Positions 37,701-51,127 of a DNA stretch of 64,000 bases are shown here, piece after piece. The notes beneath the pieces were generated by a model that saw only the letters and a program-made list of their open reading frames with translations, was not told where the DNA came from and made no database searches. Both the position numbers and the translations under genes were made by a program. This DNA is from Chiloscyllium plagiosum (taxonomy: Eukaryota), in the NCBI RefSeq assembly GCF_004010195.1, contig NC_057718.1, forward strand, positions 27,973,974 to 28,037,973, given 5' to 3'. How positions within the stretch are numbered: position 1 is the stretch's first letter; each line of letters opens with the position of its first letter.

Positions 37701-39989
37701 ATGGTCGAAATTGGCCACCTTCCAATACAGAACTGTGATTTATAGATGAGGTCTATCGTTTTCCATCACTGTTTTAAAACTAATAGAATTATGATCACTG
37801 CTCCCCTACTGACACTTCAGTCACCTGCCTGCCTTATTTCCCATGAATTGGTCAAGCTTTGCACTTTCTCTGGTACGTCCATCCACATACTGAAACAGAA
37901 AATTTTCTTGTACGTACTTAACAAATTCCTCTCTATCCAAGCCCTTTACACTTTGGCAGTCCCTGTCCATGTTTGGAAAGTTAATATCATACATTAACTA
38001 CTATAACCACCCTGTTGTCATTGTAGATAACTGAGATCTCCTTAAAAATTTGTTTCTCAATTTGCTGGAGGGTCTACAATACAATCCCAATCAGGTGATC
38101 ATCCCTTTATTTCTCGGTTCCACCCTGGAACCTCTCTGGATGTGGTCCCAGGAGTGTCCTTCCTACATACAGCCGTAACATTATCCCTAATCAAAAATAT
38201 CAAATTGCTATGATATCCCAGTCCCATGTTCCAAACCATGCCCTGAGTTCATCTGTCTTGCCTATTAGCCCTCTCACATTGAAGTAAATGCAGTTTAATT
38301 TATCAGCCCTACCTTGTTCTTTGTTTGCCCTGACTGTTTGACTTAGGCCATTTCCCAACTGTACCAGTACCAGACTGATCTCTTGCCTCACTACCTCCCA
38401 GAGTCCCCCACCCGGCTCGTTTAAATCTGCTGGAGCAAATCTCCCCACCAATTAGTCCCCTTCCAATTCCGGTGCAATCTGTCCTCCTCATACGGGTCAC
38501 TTCTACTCCAGAGGAGATTCTAATGATCCAAAAGCGTGCATCCTCCTCCCATCAACCAGCTGCCCTGCCACGCATTCATCTGCTCTTATCCTCCAATTCC
38601 TACCCTCACTAGCTTGTGGACATCTGGAGTAATCCAGATATTACTACTCTCTAGGACCTTTTTAAATTCCTGCCTAAATTCCTATATTCTATCCTCAGCA
38701 TTTCAGCCTTTTTTCTTCCTATGTCGTTAGTTCCAGTGTGTGTAATGACCTCCTACTGGCTCCTGTCCCCTTGGAGAACATCTGGACACTAACATCTGGA
38801 CACTCTCCGCCATATCCTTGATCCTGCCTCCAGGGAGGCAACGCGCTATTCTGATGGCTTATTGTTAGCTGCAGAAAAGTTTGTCTGTGCCTCTTACCAG
38901 AGAGTCCCCTATCACAATTGATTACTTGGAACCTGGCATGCCCCTCGTGACATTAAAGCCAACCTTAGTACTATAGACCTCCCCTGAGAGTCCATTACGC
39001 CCTACATTTTCCAAAACAGTATACATGTTTGAGATGGGGATAACCACAGGACTCTCCTGCACTACCCTCTCCTCCTATCTTTCCTGGAGGTCACCCATGT
39101 ACCTGACAATATCTTCAGTTTATCTCCAAATCTGCAACTGCCATTCTTCATGCTCCCTAGCTCCGGTAAATTCCTCATTGCCTCTAACTGCCATTCCAAC
39201 TGATCCATGCGATCCAGTAGGATTTGCAACCAAACATACTTCCTGCGGACCTAATCACCAGTAACATGGAAACTCTCCCCAATCTCCCACCTCCAACAGG
39301 AATAGCACATCACTATACTAAAAACTATCTTTGCACTGTAACAATCTATGGACCCAGAAAATAACACAGTCTTACTGCTCTAAAAACACTGATCCAGGCT
39401 AGCTTAGTACTTAGCTTTCTTATATTTTTAAAGGTTGATCAAGAAACAGGTCTCAATAAAAATATATCAAAACAGAAGCCATTCTACTCACTATTGTAGA
39501 TTTACAACAAAAAACAGTAAGATTACACTTCAAAAACTAGCCACTTAACTGCTCCCCTGCTGTGAGCTCCTCCACACAGGGTTCTCTAAGATGAGTTGTG
39601 AATTTTGCTGTTTATTTTAATTAGACCAACTCCATTGCCCAGAGATATTTTAAACCAAACAGCAAAAGCAGCAGCAATGCAGGTTACTGCTTAGTCAGGC
39701 AGCCCTTTTTCATTTGAATTACTTCCCATGTGGTCACCACTTTTGTCTCCCTTCCTCCTTTTTAAAGTGCTGTTGTTTTGATTCCTTTTTCCCCCCCCAC
39801 AAAGTTCCAAAACAGTGCAACAGGTTATATGAGTAAATTTTGCTCCTAGAATTTGAGGAAATCCGCTCCAACACTTTTTTTAAAAAAAACCTCAAAGGAG
39901 CAGCTCTTAGAGCCACAATTTTTTTCCTATCCTCCATCTTGGATTACCCAGAATTCTTTTTTAGACTGAACCCGCTGAGAGAAGAAATG

Positions 39990-42460
39990 TATTTTTATCT
40001 CTGTTTTAAATGGGCACCATCTTACTTTTGAACTATGACCCCCAGTTCTAGATTGTCCCATGAGAGGAAACAACCTTTTAGCATCAATCCAGTCAAATCT
40101 GCTCAGGATCTTACTTGTAGTGATTAGTCATCTCTGACTCGAAGATAAAGGTTTAGCCTGTTTGGCATTTTCTAATAAGGCAATCCACTTGTTCAAGGTA
40201 TTAATCATATTATTATTATTCAAACTGCTTTCAATTCATTAGCATCCTTCTGGAAGTGCAGTGACTAATACTGTATATACTACTCCAGATGTAGTCTTAT
40301 CAATGTCTGTATAACTCGAGCATAACCTCCCTGTTCTTGCATTCTGTTTGCTTTGTAATAAACCATAATATTTTATTAGCTTTCCTGATTAATTGCTGTA
40401 CCCACATAATAACTTTTGTGATTCATGCTCAAGAACAGACTGATCTCTCTGCATTTCAGGACTCTGCAACTGCTCTTTTTCGGTAATGTGCATGTTTTTA
40501 TTCTTTGTGCCAAAATGGACTATTTCACACTTTTTTCGACACTGCTGTTTTTGCAAGATCTTTGCCCACTCTCACAGCCTATCTGTATCCCTTCTGTGGG
40601 CTCCTTAAGTCCTCTTTACAGCTCCATTTCCCAGCTATCTTGTGTCATCAAATTTAGCTACCATACCTTCAGGTCTTTCATGCAAATGAATTGTATAAAT
40701 TGTAAAGAGTCGAGGCTACAGCACTGAGCTCTATGGCACACCACTCGTGACATCCTGCTACAAACCCACTTGCTCCTCTCTTCATCCTGTTAACAAGCCA
40801 ATATCTACACAAGTCAATATGCTATCCCCTAGACAATGAGCTTTTGTTTTCTGTTATAACCGTTGTACCTTATGAAGTGCTTTCTTGAAATTTAAATACA
40901 GTACATCCACTAATTTCCCTTTATCTACAGCACATGTATAAAAACAGGCAGACTTTAAAAGTAAGCAAATGTTTCTACAACTGAACAAGACCCTAATGAG
41001 GTTGCATGTACAGTTTTCATCCTCTTATTTAGGGTTATAGAGATGTACAGCATGGAAACAGACCCTTTGGTCCAACTCCTCCATGTCAACCAGATATCCT
41101 AAATTAATCTAGTCCCATTTGCCAGCACTTGGCTCATATCCTCGGCTAAACCCTTCCTTTCCAGATGCCTTTTAAATATTGTAATTGCACCAGACTCCTC
41201 CACCTCGTCTGGCAGCTCATTCCATACGCTCACCACCCCATGCATGAAAAAAATTACCCCTTTTTGTCCCTTTTATAATTTTCACCCCTCAGCCTAAACC
41301 TATGCCCTCTGGTTCTGGACTCCCCTACCCCAGGGAAAATACCTTGTCTGTTTATCCTATCCATGCCCCTTATGATTTTGTAAACCTCTATAAGGCCACC
41401 CCTCAGCTTCTGACGCTCCAGGAAAAACAGCCCCAGCCTATTCAACCTCTCCCAGTAGCTCAAACCCTCCAACTCTGGCAACATCCTTTCAAGTTTCACA
41501 ACTCCCTCTGATAGGAAGGAGACCAGAACTGCACGCAATATTCTGGAAGTAGCCTAGTCAATAACCTGTACACATAGTAGCCACAACATGACCTCCCAAT
41601 CCCTATACTTAATGCTCTGACCATATGCCTTTTTCACTATCCCATCTACACTCTACTCAATTTTCAAGGAATTTGAGTGTAGTTGTGTAAACCTCTTTGA
41701 TGTCCCCTCTGAATTCTCCACATCCTTCCTATAATGTGGCAACCAGAATTGAACGCAATACTCTTTAAGTGTAACCTAATCGAAGTCTTATAAAGCAGCA
41801 ACATGACATCCTGACTCTGATTCTCAGTTTCCTGACCAATGAAGGCAAGAATGCCATTTGCTGCCTTTAACACCCTATCTACTTAAGTGCCCATTTTCAG
41901 GGAGCTGTTGACTTGAACTCCAAGATCCCGCTATACATCAGTGCTGTTCAGCGTCCTACTATTAACTGTCTACTTTTCCTCAACAGTTGATCTCCCAAAG
42001 TGCAGTACCGCATACTTACCTAGATTAAACTCCACGTCCATTTCATAGCCCATATCTGCAACTGATCTATGTCCCGCTGTATCCTTTGACAATCTTCTAC
42101 ACTGTCCACAACTCCACCGATCTTTGTATTATCTGCAAACTTAGTAACCCACCCATCTATATTTTCATTCAAGTCATTGATATGTATCACAAACAGCAGA
42201 GGTCCCAGTCCAAATCGCTGTGGATTACCACTAGTTATGGATCTCCAGCCAGAAAAACACCCTTCCACAACTACCCTCTGCTTTCTACATGCAAACTAAT
42301 TCTGAATCCAAGTGTGATTTACGGGTCCAGTCCAATTTTTGCTTCCTAAGCTTTATATAAGTGTTTCTCCTCGTGACTAAATTCACAACCTCGCTCATTA
42401 TCCAAGGGTCCCTTATATTGTTATCCTTGTCCTTCCTCTTTACTGGAACATGCTGGTCTG
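39990..42460 (-). mobile_element. Cluster of minus-strand CR1 fragments (about 39990-40930, 41030-41650, 41690-42460)
   Basis: ORFs LGPLLFVIHINDL...KFADNTKIGG, LERQKLRGGLIEVYKII and YKTSIRLHL. Confidence 0.8.
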
Positions 42461-42831
42461 GTGCGAATTGGCGACTTAGCTAACTTTTCCCAGAATGCTC
42501 CTCAGAGAAGTCTCCATCTAATGGATATTTTGAGAGATTGAGCAGATTAGGTTTACAGTGGAAACTTGATCATCTGAATGGGATGGGCCGGTACTATTTC
42601 GTTTGGATAATCGACTATTCGGAAAATCGATTAAATGCCTTTCCTCTGGGGCTCAGCGTTGTAAAGTCTGCTCCCCGTTCAGGTGACTCGCACCAACACA
42701 CACTTGCTCGACACCCCATCTACCCCCGTCCAGCACCGGCCCCCAACCTGATCCCAACACCGCCCCCAGCATAAAGTGCATGAGGCCAGCCCCAACGCTG
42801 CCCGCACCCAGAACCCCATCCAACCCTTCAG

Positions 42832-42869
42832 GAATCCTGAAGAAAGGCTTATGCCCGAAACGTCGATTC
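42832..42869 (+). ncRNA. Minimal type I hammerhead ribozyme motif in a Penelope terminus
   Basis: GAATC-CTGAAGA-a-AGGC ttat GCCC-GAAA-CGTC-GATTC: stem I GAATC/GATTC, intact core, palindromic ACGT stem III, predicted cleavage after 42864; one stem II mismatch. Confidence 0.7.
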
Positions 42870-43384
42870 TCCTGCTCCTTGGATGCTGCCTGACCTGCTG
42901 CGCTTTTCCAGCAACACATTTTTCAGCTTTGAAGCTAAGGTATGTCAGCCGTGATTGTATTCAATGGTGAAGCAGGCTTTTGAGGGACTTTAAAGAACTA
43001 AACTAAATTTGTTAAGCATGTTTCTTTGACAAGACTGTATTGGCTCTGCCTGATTACCTTGAACTTGTCCAAGCGCCATGTTATAACAACTTTAATAATA
43101 GCTTCTAACATATTCTTTGTCTCAGAAGTTAAACAAACTGGCCTGTGGTTTCTTCCTTTCTGCCTCCATTCCTTTTTGAATTAAGGAGTTACACTAGCTA
43201 ATTTCCAATTTAAAGAAACCTTCTCTGAATTTTGGAAAATTAAAACGAATGCATCAACTATTTCACTGGTTACTACTTTTAAGGAGAAAGTGAGGTGGAA
43301 TATGCTAGAGATCGGAGTTAAAAAGTATGGCACCTGAAAAGCACAGCGGTCAGGCAGCATCTGAGGAGCAGGAGAGTTGAAGTT

Positions 43385-44635
43385 TCGAGGTGCTGGATGT
43401 CTTGAAACACCATAAAAGTGGATAAATCCCCAGGACCTGATCAGGTGTACCCCAGAACTCTGTGCGAAGCTAAGGAAGTGGTTGCTGGGTCCCTTGCTGA
43501 GATATTTGTATCATCAATAGTCACAGGTGAGGGACCGGAAAACTGGAGGTTGGTTAACGTGGTGCCATTATTTAAGAAAGATGGTAAGGACAAGCCAGGG
43601 AACTATAGACCGGTGAGCCTGACATCGGTGGTGGGCAAGTTGTTGGAAGGAATCCTGAGCAACAGGGTGTACATGGATTTGGAAAAGCAAGGACCAATTA
43701 GGAATAGTCAGCATGACTTTGAAGAAGTAACAAAGAGGATTGATGAGGGTAGAATGGTGGACGTGATCTATCTGGATTTCAGTAAGACGTTCGACAAGGT
43801 TCCCTGTGGGTGACTGGTTAGCAAGGTTAGAACTCTGGAATAGTGGAAGAACTAGCCATTTGAATACAGAACTGGCTCGAAGATAGAAGACAGAGGGTTA
43901 CTTTTCGGACTGGAGGCCTGTGACCAGTGGAGTGCCATAAGGGTACACTGCTTTTCGTCATTTATGTGAATGATTTGGACATGAACATAGGTTAGTAAGT
44001 TTGCACATGACACCATAATTGAACAGCGAAGAAGTTTACCTGAGTTCAACAGGATCTTGGATCAGATGGGCCAATAGGCTGAGGAGTGGCAGATAAATGC
44101 GAGGAGTTGCATTTTGGAAAAACAAATCAGAGCAGGACTTATGCACTTAATGATATGGTCCTGGGGAGTGTTGCTGAACAAAGAGACCTTGGAATGTGGG
44201 TTCATAGCTCCTTGAAAGTGGAGTCACATGTCGATAGGATAGTGAAGGCGGCATTTGGTATGTTTTCCTTTATTGGTCAGTATTGAGTACAGAAGTTGGG
44301 AGGTCATGTTGTGGCTGTACAGGACATTGGTTAGGCCACTGTTGGAATATTGTGTGCAATTCTGGTCTCCTTCCTATTGAAGGATGTTGTGAAACTTGAA
44401 AGGGTTCAAAAAAGATTTACAAGGATGTTGCCTGGATTGGAGGACTTGAGCTTTAGGGCGAGGTTGAATAGACCCAGGCTGTTTTCCCTGGAGCATCAGA
44501 GGCTGAAGGGTGACTTTGTAGAGGTTTATAAAATGATGGGCATGGATAGGATAAATAGACATGATGAGGGGCATGGATAGGATAAATTTTCCCTGAGGTG
44601 GGGTCTGTTTCTGTGCTGTACATCTCTTTGATTTG
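43385..44635 (+). mobile_element. CR1 LINE ORF2 fragment with internal deletions
   Basis: DKSPGPDQVYPR...NYRPVSLTSVVGKLLE...VDVIYLDFSKTFDKVP and LERVQKRFTRMLPGL. Confidence 0.92.
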
Positions 44636-44715
44636 AGAAATGAGGTAGAGTCAAATGTAGTGAACCTCCTCTGTCTGTCTCAAGTAAGGGGACCAAAGCG
44701 TCATGTTCTTATTAA

Positions 44716-45421
44716 TGTTACAACATGGAGGTCAAACCCCTCTGTTAATTGAACCAAATACCGTGAAAAGCTTGCCTTGCCTCGTAATCTGTTAAAATAT
44801 GAGTGACAGAGAACTCCTAAATTCCAGTATTTAACGAAAAAAAGTTTATTTTCTTAACTGTCGTAGTGAACACTAAGCAACAATTGTCTGACCTCAACTG
44901 TATAAAAAGAAATGCTGTTCCAATAACACACTTATTAAACATTACATTAACTTAATCTCAAGACCATACAGTCTCTGTCTTCAATCTTCCAGCTGCTGAT
45001 CTCCCTGGGTCTTTTTTTTTACTGCAAGTATGTTTTATGTGAAAAAATAGAGAGCATTTTCTAATTTCTTGGAGAGCGAGATGTTAGATGGGTAGTTAAT
45101 TCTGTCTCTATAGCAGTTGCTTGATGTTCGGTGGCAGTTGCTCTCAAATTTTCAAAATACCTGGTTTATATACACCCCCATGACACATTAAATTCTTATA
45201 ATTTGATTGGTTTCCAGGTGTCAAAACAATAAAATTCAAATTCCATTGGTTTCTGGTATCCTGGGCATAATTTAAATTAATGGGTTAAATTTGAATTGTT
45301 GTCAAAACAGCCACCAGAACTCAGATATCCTGACCTTTAGCTGACAGCTGTGGTTGTACTTTAAATGCAGAATAGCACTTTCTATCTTAAAGTGACCAAA
45401 CATGCTTTCAACATCATAACA
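44716..45421. mobile_element. Probable solo LTR of an unrelated family
   Basis: TGTTA...TAACA inverted termini; near-TSD ttaa / ctaa. Confidence 0.45.
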
Positions 45422-46532
45422 CTAATGCGAACAGAGAGATTGCTGATATCGAGCTGAAAGGGAGATAAATGCTGGGTCGGGTGCTAGTGAAAAGTTTAAA
45501 TGGTTGAAAATGGGTTGGCTGTGCACGGAGCAAGCCATACAAAGCAGGGTCTCTGGGTGTTGGGGGCAAGGGCAGTGAACATGGAGGAGGGTATTAGCAT
45601 TCTGAAATTGTTAAATTCAGTGTTTAGTCCTGAAGGCTTTAAGACACCCTATCTGACTCTTCAAAACCAGGTCTAGTATAGCCTGTTCTTAGGTTGGTGC
45701 CGTAACATACTGATCTAAGAATTTGACCTGACCTGAATTCCTTATCCAGGCTATTACTTTACAACTGATATTTATATGTAGTTTAAAGTCCCCCTGATAA
45801 ATGCTGTACTCTTTTGACAAGCTTCCATTAGTTTTTCCTTGATACCCTTTTGTCACTGAGAGCATTGTTGCAAAGGTTGCAGGTAACACAAAGCCAGTGT
45901 ATGGTGAATCTATGGAACACATTGCCACAGAAGGCTGTAGAGGCCAAGTCATCGAGTGTCTTGAATGCAGTGATAAGTTCTGAGTTTTAAGGGAATCAAA
46001 CATTATGGACAAAGGCAGGAGATTGTGCTTGAGAAACATATCAGCCATGATCGAATGGTGAAGCAGACTGGATAGCCAAATGACCTAATTCTGGTGCTTT
46101 ATTTTGTGGTAATGGTTACTATTAGGGAGCTTGTATCCAACTCCCACAAGTAACCTCTTGCTTTTATCATTTCTCATCTCTGTTATATTACTTCTGTATT
46201 CTGTTTTCCTGAATTAATGTAATCCCCCTCTCATGTTAATGTCATCCTTAATTAACTGTGCTGCTCCTCCACCCTCTCCTGGCTTCCTGTCCTTCCTAAA
46301 TGTCGAAACCTAGGTTTTCCTGCGGGCAAGTCTCAGCAATGCCCATTAGATCAAACGTAGTTACCTTAATATGTGCTACTCGTCATTCTGTTTTGCCCTT
46401 ATCCCCATTGTTTAGTTTCAAACCCACATCTCTTCCTTAGTTAGCAAGAAGCCAATCCTAGTGCAGCTCAGATGTAGACTGTACCAGCAGTACACACCTC
46501 ATTTTCCCCAGTTTTGGTACCAGTGCCACATG

Positions 46533-47079
46533 TGTTAAGTTGTTTTACTCCTGAGGTTCCTACACACTTGATGCACCTGCAACACACCAACTTCTGTGAA
46601 CAAGCAACCAAATTTATTAAACTCCGTACAGTACAAGCTTTCTGGAGGAATCTTTAACATACACCTCGCAGAGCTTACGGGGTCATGGCAAAAGCTCTCA
46701 CTGAACAAAGGAAACAGTCTTTCCTTTATACAAAACTCTCAACATCACAGTTAGTACTACCCACAAGCCAATCCCTCATAGTCACATACCACTGAAGTTA
46801 CAATGCAGTGACTACCCCACCTCCAGAAACAATGTAATGCGAACTATCCCTTAATGGTCAAATTTCTCGCAAATTACTTTTTGTAACTATAGGGGAGTAG
46901 TCAAATTCCAACTATAATGTTCTTATTGATTTCTGGATGAAAATGTAAATCATCCCTGAGTGGCGAGGAATGGCTGTCTAAACCTCCCACGTTCCACCTA
47001 AAAGACAAAGCACACCCCCTTACCCCTGGGACGTTCAATGCCTTGCAGGTCAGTACAGCAAATTAACTCTATTGTCTCC
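46533..47079 (-). mobile_element. Solo LTR of the RBPMS-ERV family (subfamily B)
   Basis: TGTTAAG...GTCTCC with TSD CATG (46529-46532 / 47080-47083); shares cttgatgca, caacttctgtgaaca and agtcacat with family A, and the longer U3 block ctccagaaaca..ccttaatgg with 32785-33181. Confidence 0.85.
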
Positions 47080-48124
47080 CATGAACTGAAAATCATTTCT
47101 CTCAAATCAGTCTTTCAGCCATGCATTTTTCTCTCTAACCTTGTTTACCCTCTGCCAATTTCACATGGCTCAAGTAATAATCCAGAAATGATTAGTTTTG
47201 AGATTTTGCTTAATTTAGTGCCTTGCTCCTTGTATTGACTTTGCAGGACCTCTTTCCTAGTTTTGCCTGTCGTTGGTGCCGACATTCTAAACCATCACAA
47301 AGCATAACAATTTTGTAAACTCTATGTTTCTAATATGCTTGTTGCATTTATCTCTTATTCACTGATAAATATTCTGCCCATCACAACAACAACTTGTACA
47401 GACCACATAATCCTCAAATGCCAATCAATATTTTCTGTCCCTTTTTATTTCTGATCTTTATCCAAGCCTATTCAACATGCTATTTTTTCAAGCAAGGATG
47501 CTTTTACTGTTTCATCTCATTCTTGATATGAAATTAACCCCATCATGCTGGAGGAGGATTTGATGAGTTGGATATTCAATGACTGTGACCTGTTATCCAT
47601 TTTGCCCATCTCTTCTAAATGTCAAGTATTGTGGAATATTTAATTCTTCACTTGAGTCCTCTGCAACTGCATTTCCAGAGTGGCTACTCGATCAACCCCC
47701 ATTAATTTGTATCTGTGCTCTTAATTAATTTATTTTGTTATGAATACTTAATACATTTAAATATAGTGCTATAAACTTTAAACCTGTTTTGGTGCTTTTC
47801 CCTGTCAACAGGATTTGCTAATGCTATATTTATCTTTCCCATTCTGATCTGCTCTACTTAATTTTATCCAAATTTCCAGTCTGTTCCACGCCCTTTACAT
47901 TTCTCTTATTGCTTCATCCTTTCTTGAATCCTTTCCAGACCGTTTTCTGGCCACTGAATCTAGCCATCTATTTTGTCAGCATTCCTTATTGTTACAATAT
48001 GGAGACAACAGCCAAACCAAATCAGCCTCCCTACCTCTGTATTTGCAACACACTTTTTTTAAAAAATCAAAGCTTCAAAGACTCTAAATATTGTATGGTT
48101 CTGAAACAGACTTTTGAATAATCA

Positions 48125-48330
48125 GTACAGCGTTCCCCTTCCTCCACGTACCCGCAGGGATACGTTTCCAGACCTACTGCAGATAGCTGTGAACCCATTC
48201 ATTTAAATGGGAAATTTTACCTTCCTGGCAGCCCTGGTCCCTGATTCTGGATCGTTCCCTGTAATATGTTCAGGCCGCAGGTAACTGACACCGTGGAAAC
48301 TGAACCCGCGGATGCAGCAGTCGGCCTGTT
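48125..48330. mobile_element. Tc1/mariner Tigger-like MITE
   Basis: CpG-rich termini cagcgttcccc...acccgcaggg...ttccagacc and gaacccgcggatgc...gcctg resemble MER2/Tigger TIRs. Confidence 0.5.
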
Positions 48331-49688
48331 CCAGACTTTGTGAATAGTTGATGATCGACACTGGGTTTGTACCTCAAACTAGGTGTAACAATTTATTAAC
48401 AATATAGTAACTTCAGCAGAGCTAAGTTAAACAATGAAGTAAATTATGGCTAAGATTTAAACCTAGACCTCTTTAATTCTAACCTCAACTCTGATGCAAA
48501 GACAGACAGACTGACGGTTCAGGAATAAATCAAAAGGGAAAAATAAGTGTGATGTAACTGGCTATTTCACTTCAGTCTCCATGATCAGTAACATCATAGC
48601 ATATGGGTTATTGTTTTGCTTGGTTTCTGATGACCTATGTGTGCAGCTAGCTTCCATTGTGCTTTGAGAAATATTCATTTAATCCTGCGATTCTATTCTG
48701 TGAGCTATCAATAAATTGATGATGAGAGGACAATGAGAGAGCAATCAAACCTCTGAGCTCTAGCTTTTGTAGACACAATCCTTCTAATTCAAGCACAATT
48801 CAAAAATCAGTTCAGATCTGACCTCTCCCTGTCAGACTCATTTTTACCCACAATGTCCCAATTAACATTCAGAATCCACTATCTGCTTGAGTGTAAGGCC
48901 TCGATGGAGTTGAAGCATTTATGGAGCAGTTTTTATCTAGAAACAATCTGCAATTAACTTTCAGACCTGGTCTCATGAACAAATATTAGTTTGTCCTTTT
49001 TTGAAAAGAAGCTATAACTCGGGCCAAAGGTCATCTTTAGTTCTCAGCTCACAGTTCACAACTCTGAACCAAAAATTGATTTAAAAAACAAATGAAAAAT
49101 TGGTGAGAGTCCTAACAATGCTGAGTATTCTAGTTTGCTGTTTTTTTTGAGGCAATGATTTCCAAATGAACAATAGACCCCCTCTTATTTTTAGGTTTGC
49201 AGAATCAGGCAGGGAATGACGTTTTGCCCAATTTATTACACTGATCCTGCTTTCCAACAATTAATGTAATTAAGAGAACTTTTGAGGATGCTGTCAAAAT
49301 GTTTTCATAAATTAATAGCTATGCATTTACTTAATGCTTATTTATCTTGGATTTAATTAATTTTAAAAGTCTAGTAAGTGAAGGGGGTTTTAATATTGAA
49401 GACTGGGTGTTCAATGTATTTCCTTAAAAATAATCTGTAGGTTTTTAAATTCAGGAATGAAAGCGAGCACCACAGCAAAATACAAAAGAAAATGCAAGAT
49501 CTTCGTAAATAATGGAGCAAGCTTGTAGGGCTGTATGTTTTGCTATTGGTTTATGTTGTTATGAACTTTGTAAGCAGTACCCAAACAGCAGAAGTTTGCA
49601 AAATACAGTTGATTCATATAAAGAAGTCATTAGAGATAGAAAGTGACACTGTTGTTGATCAAGAACAAGCACTTCAGATATGGAATGA

Positions 49689-49871
<183 letters not shown>

Positions 49872-50790
49872 TAAGTAGGCTTTGATATTTCTGCAGCCTC
49901 TCCAATTTACTGAAACCTTTGTTGCCCTGTTTCACTTTGGTTATTCTTCTAGTCATTCATATTATTTCTGGCACAGGTAAATGTGTCATAAATGCCATTG
50001 TCTTTCATGATCAATGTACCAAATTGTACCTGATCCAGAGTACCCAAATTAAAAGCGAATGAAAAAATCTAATTCATTTGGCAAGCAAAAATGATAATTT
50101 CAATATTTCTATTAGTTTTGTAAAATTTTATTGAGTTCATCTTGAATTTTAAAAATATTTGGATCAGTAAAAATATCAATGTTGGACGGGAGTGTACAAA
50201 GTTAAAAATCACACAACGCCAGGTTATAGTCCAACAGGCTTAATTGCAAACTCCAAAAGCTAGTGCTTCCAATTAAACCTGTTGGACTATAATCTGGTGT
50301 TGTGATTTTTAACTTTTTTCTTAGAGACATGGTCCAAATGTATTTGGAATTGTGAACATTTTGGGTGGAACTAGGTGAATGATCACTTTGAGCTGTGCAT
50401 ATTTAAAGTCCCATGTTGTCAGTGAGGGCACCCTTCCATCATGTTGAATGACACATTATTGCTAAATTAGATCCAGAACAGACCAAACAACTCAAAACTG
50501 AACTTCCAAAAGGTGTTATGGATAAGTAACTGTGACAGCACAGGAATCACTCCTGAAACAATACCCAGGTTTTAAACATGCTTTCGAGCCACAATAATTA
50601 TATGGCTGGTCCATGCGCATTACATGTCAATTGCTTTTGCTGGAGGGGGGTCCGGGCAAGCTGTTTACGTTGCCTCGTGTTTAAGGTAATCATTGTCCTG
50701 GATTTGTGTGATGCAGATGTTGCTGGATACTTAGCAGCTCAAGCCTGAATGTTGTTCGTGATTTAGTCTTTCTTCATGTATAAAGTATAG

Positions 50791-50949
<159 letters not shown>

Positions 50950-51127
50950 TAATTGCTGTCCAAATATGATTTTCTTTCATAAGTAAACTTTTGTGAGTAT
51001 GGTTTTAGTTGATGAAGCTCTTTTCCCTGAAGAAAGGCTTAATGAGTTGAGGGCAGAACATCAATTGTGCCTGAGTTTGATTCTGTGCACTTGTACACAG
51101 CAGATATCATAGGGATGTGACATTGAA

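Larger units (their letters stand above)
32386..39330 (-). mobile_element. Long CR1 LINE (3' end 32386-32780; RT/EN/ORF1 36078-39330) split by ERV copy 2
   Basis: ORFs give SGVPQGSVLG, KFAGDTK, WQMAFNLDKCELLHFG, KSLGPDQVYPRTLWEA and LNCIYFNVRGLIGKTDELRAW. Confidence 0.85.

Noticed and set aside
44533..44590. Short tandem duplication of gggcatggataggataaat
   Set aside because: Local slippage beside a deletion in a dead CR1 copy
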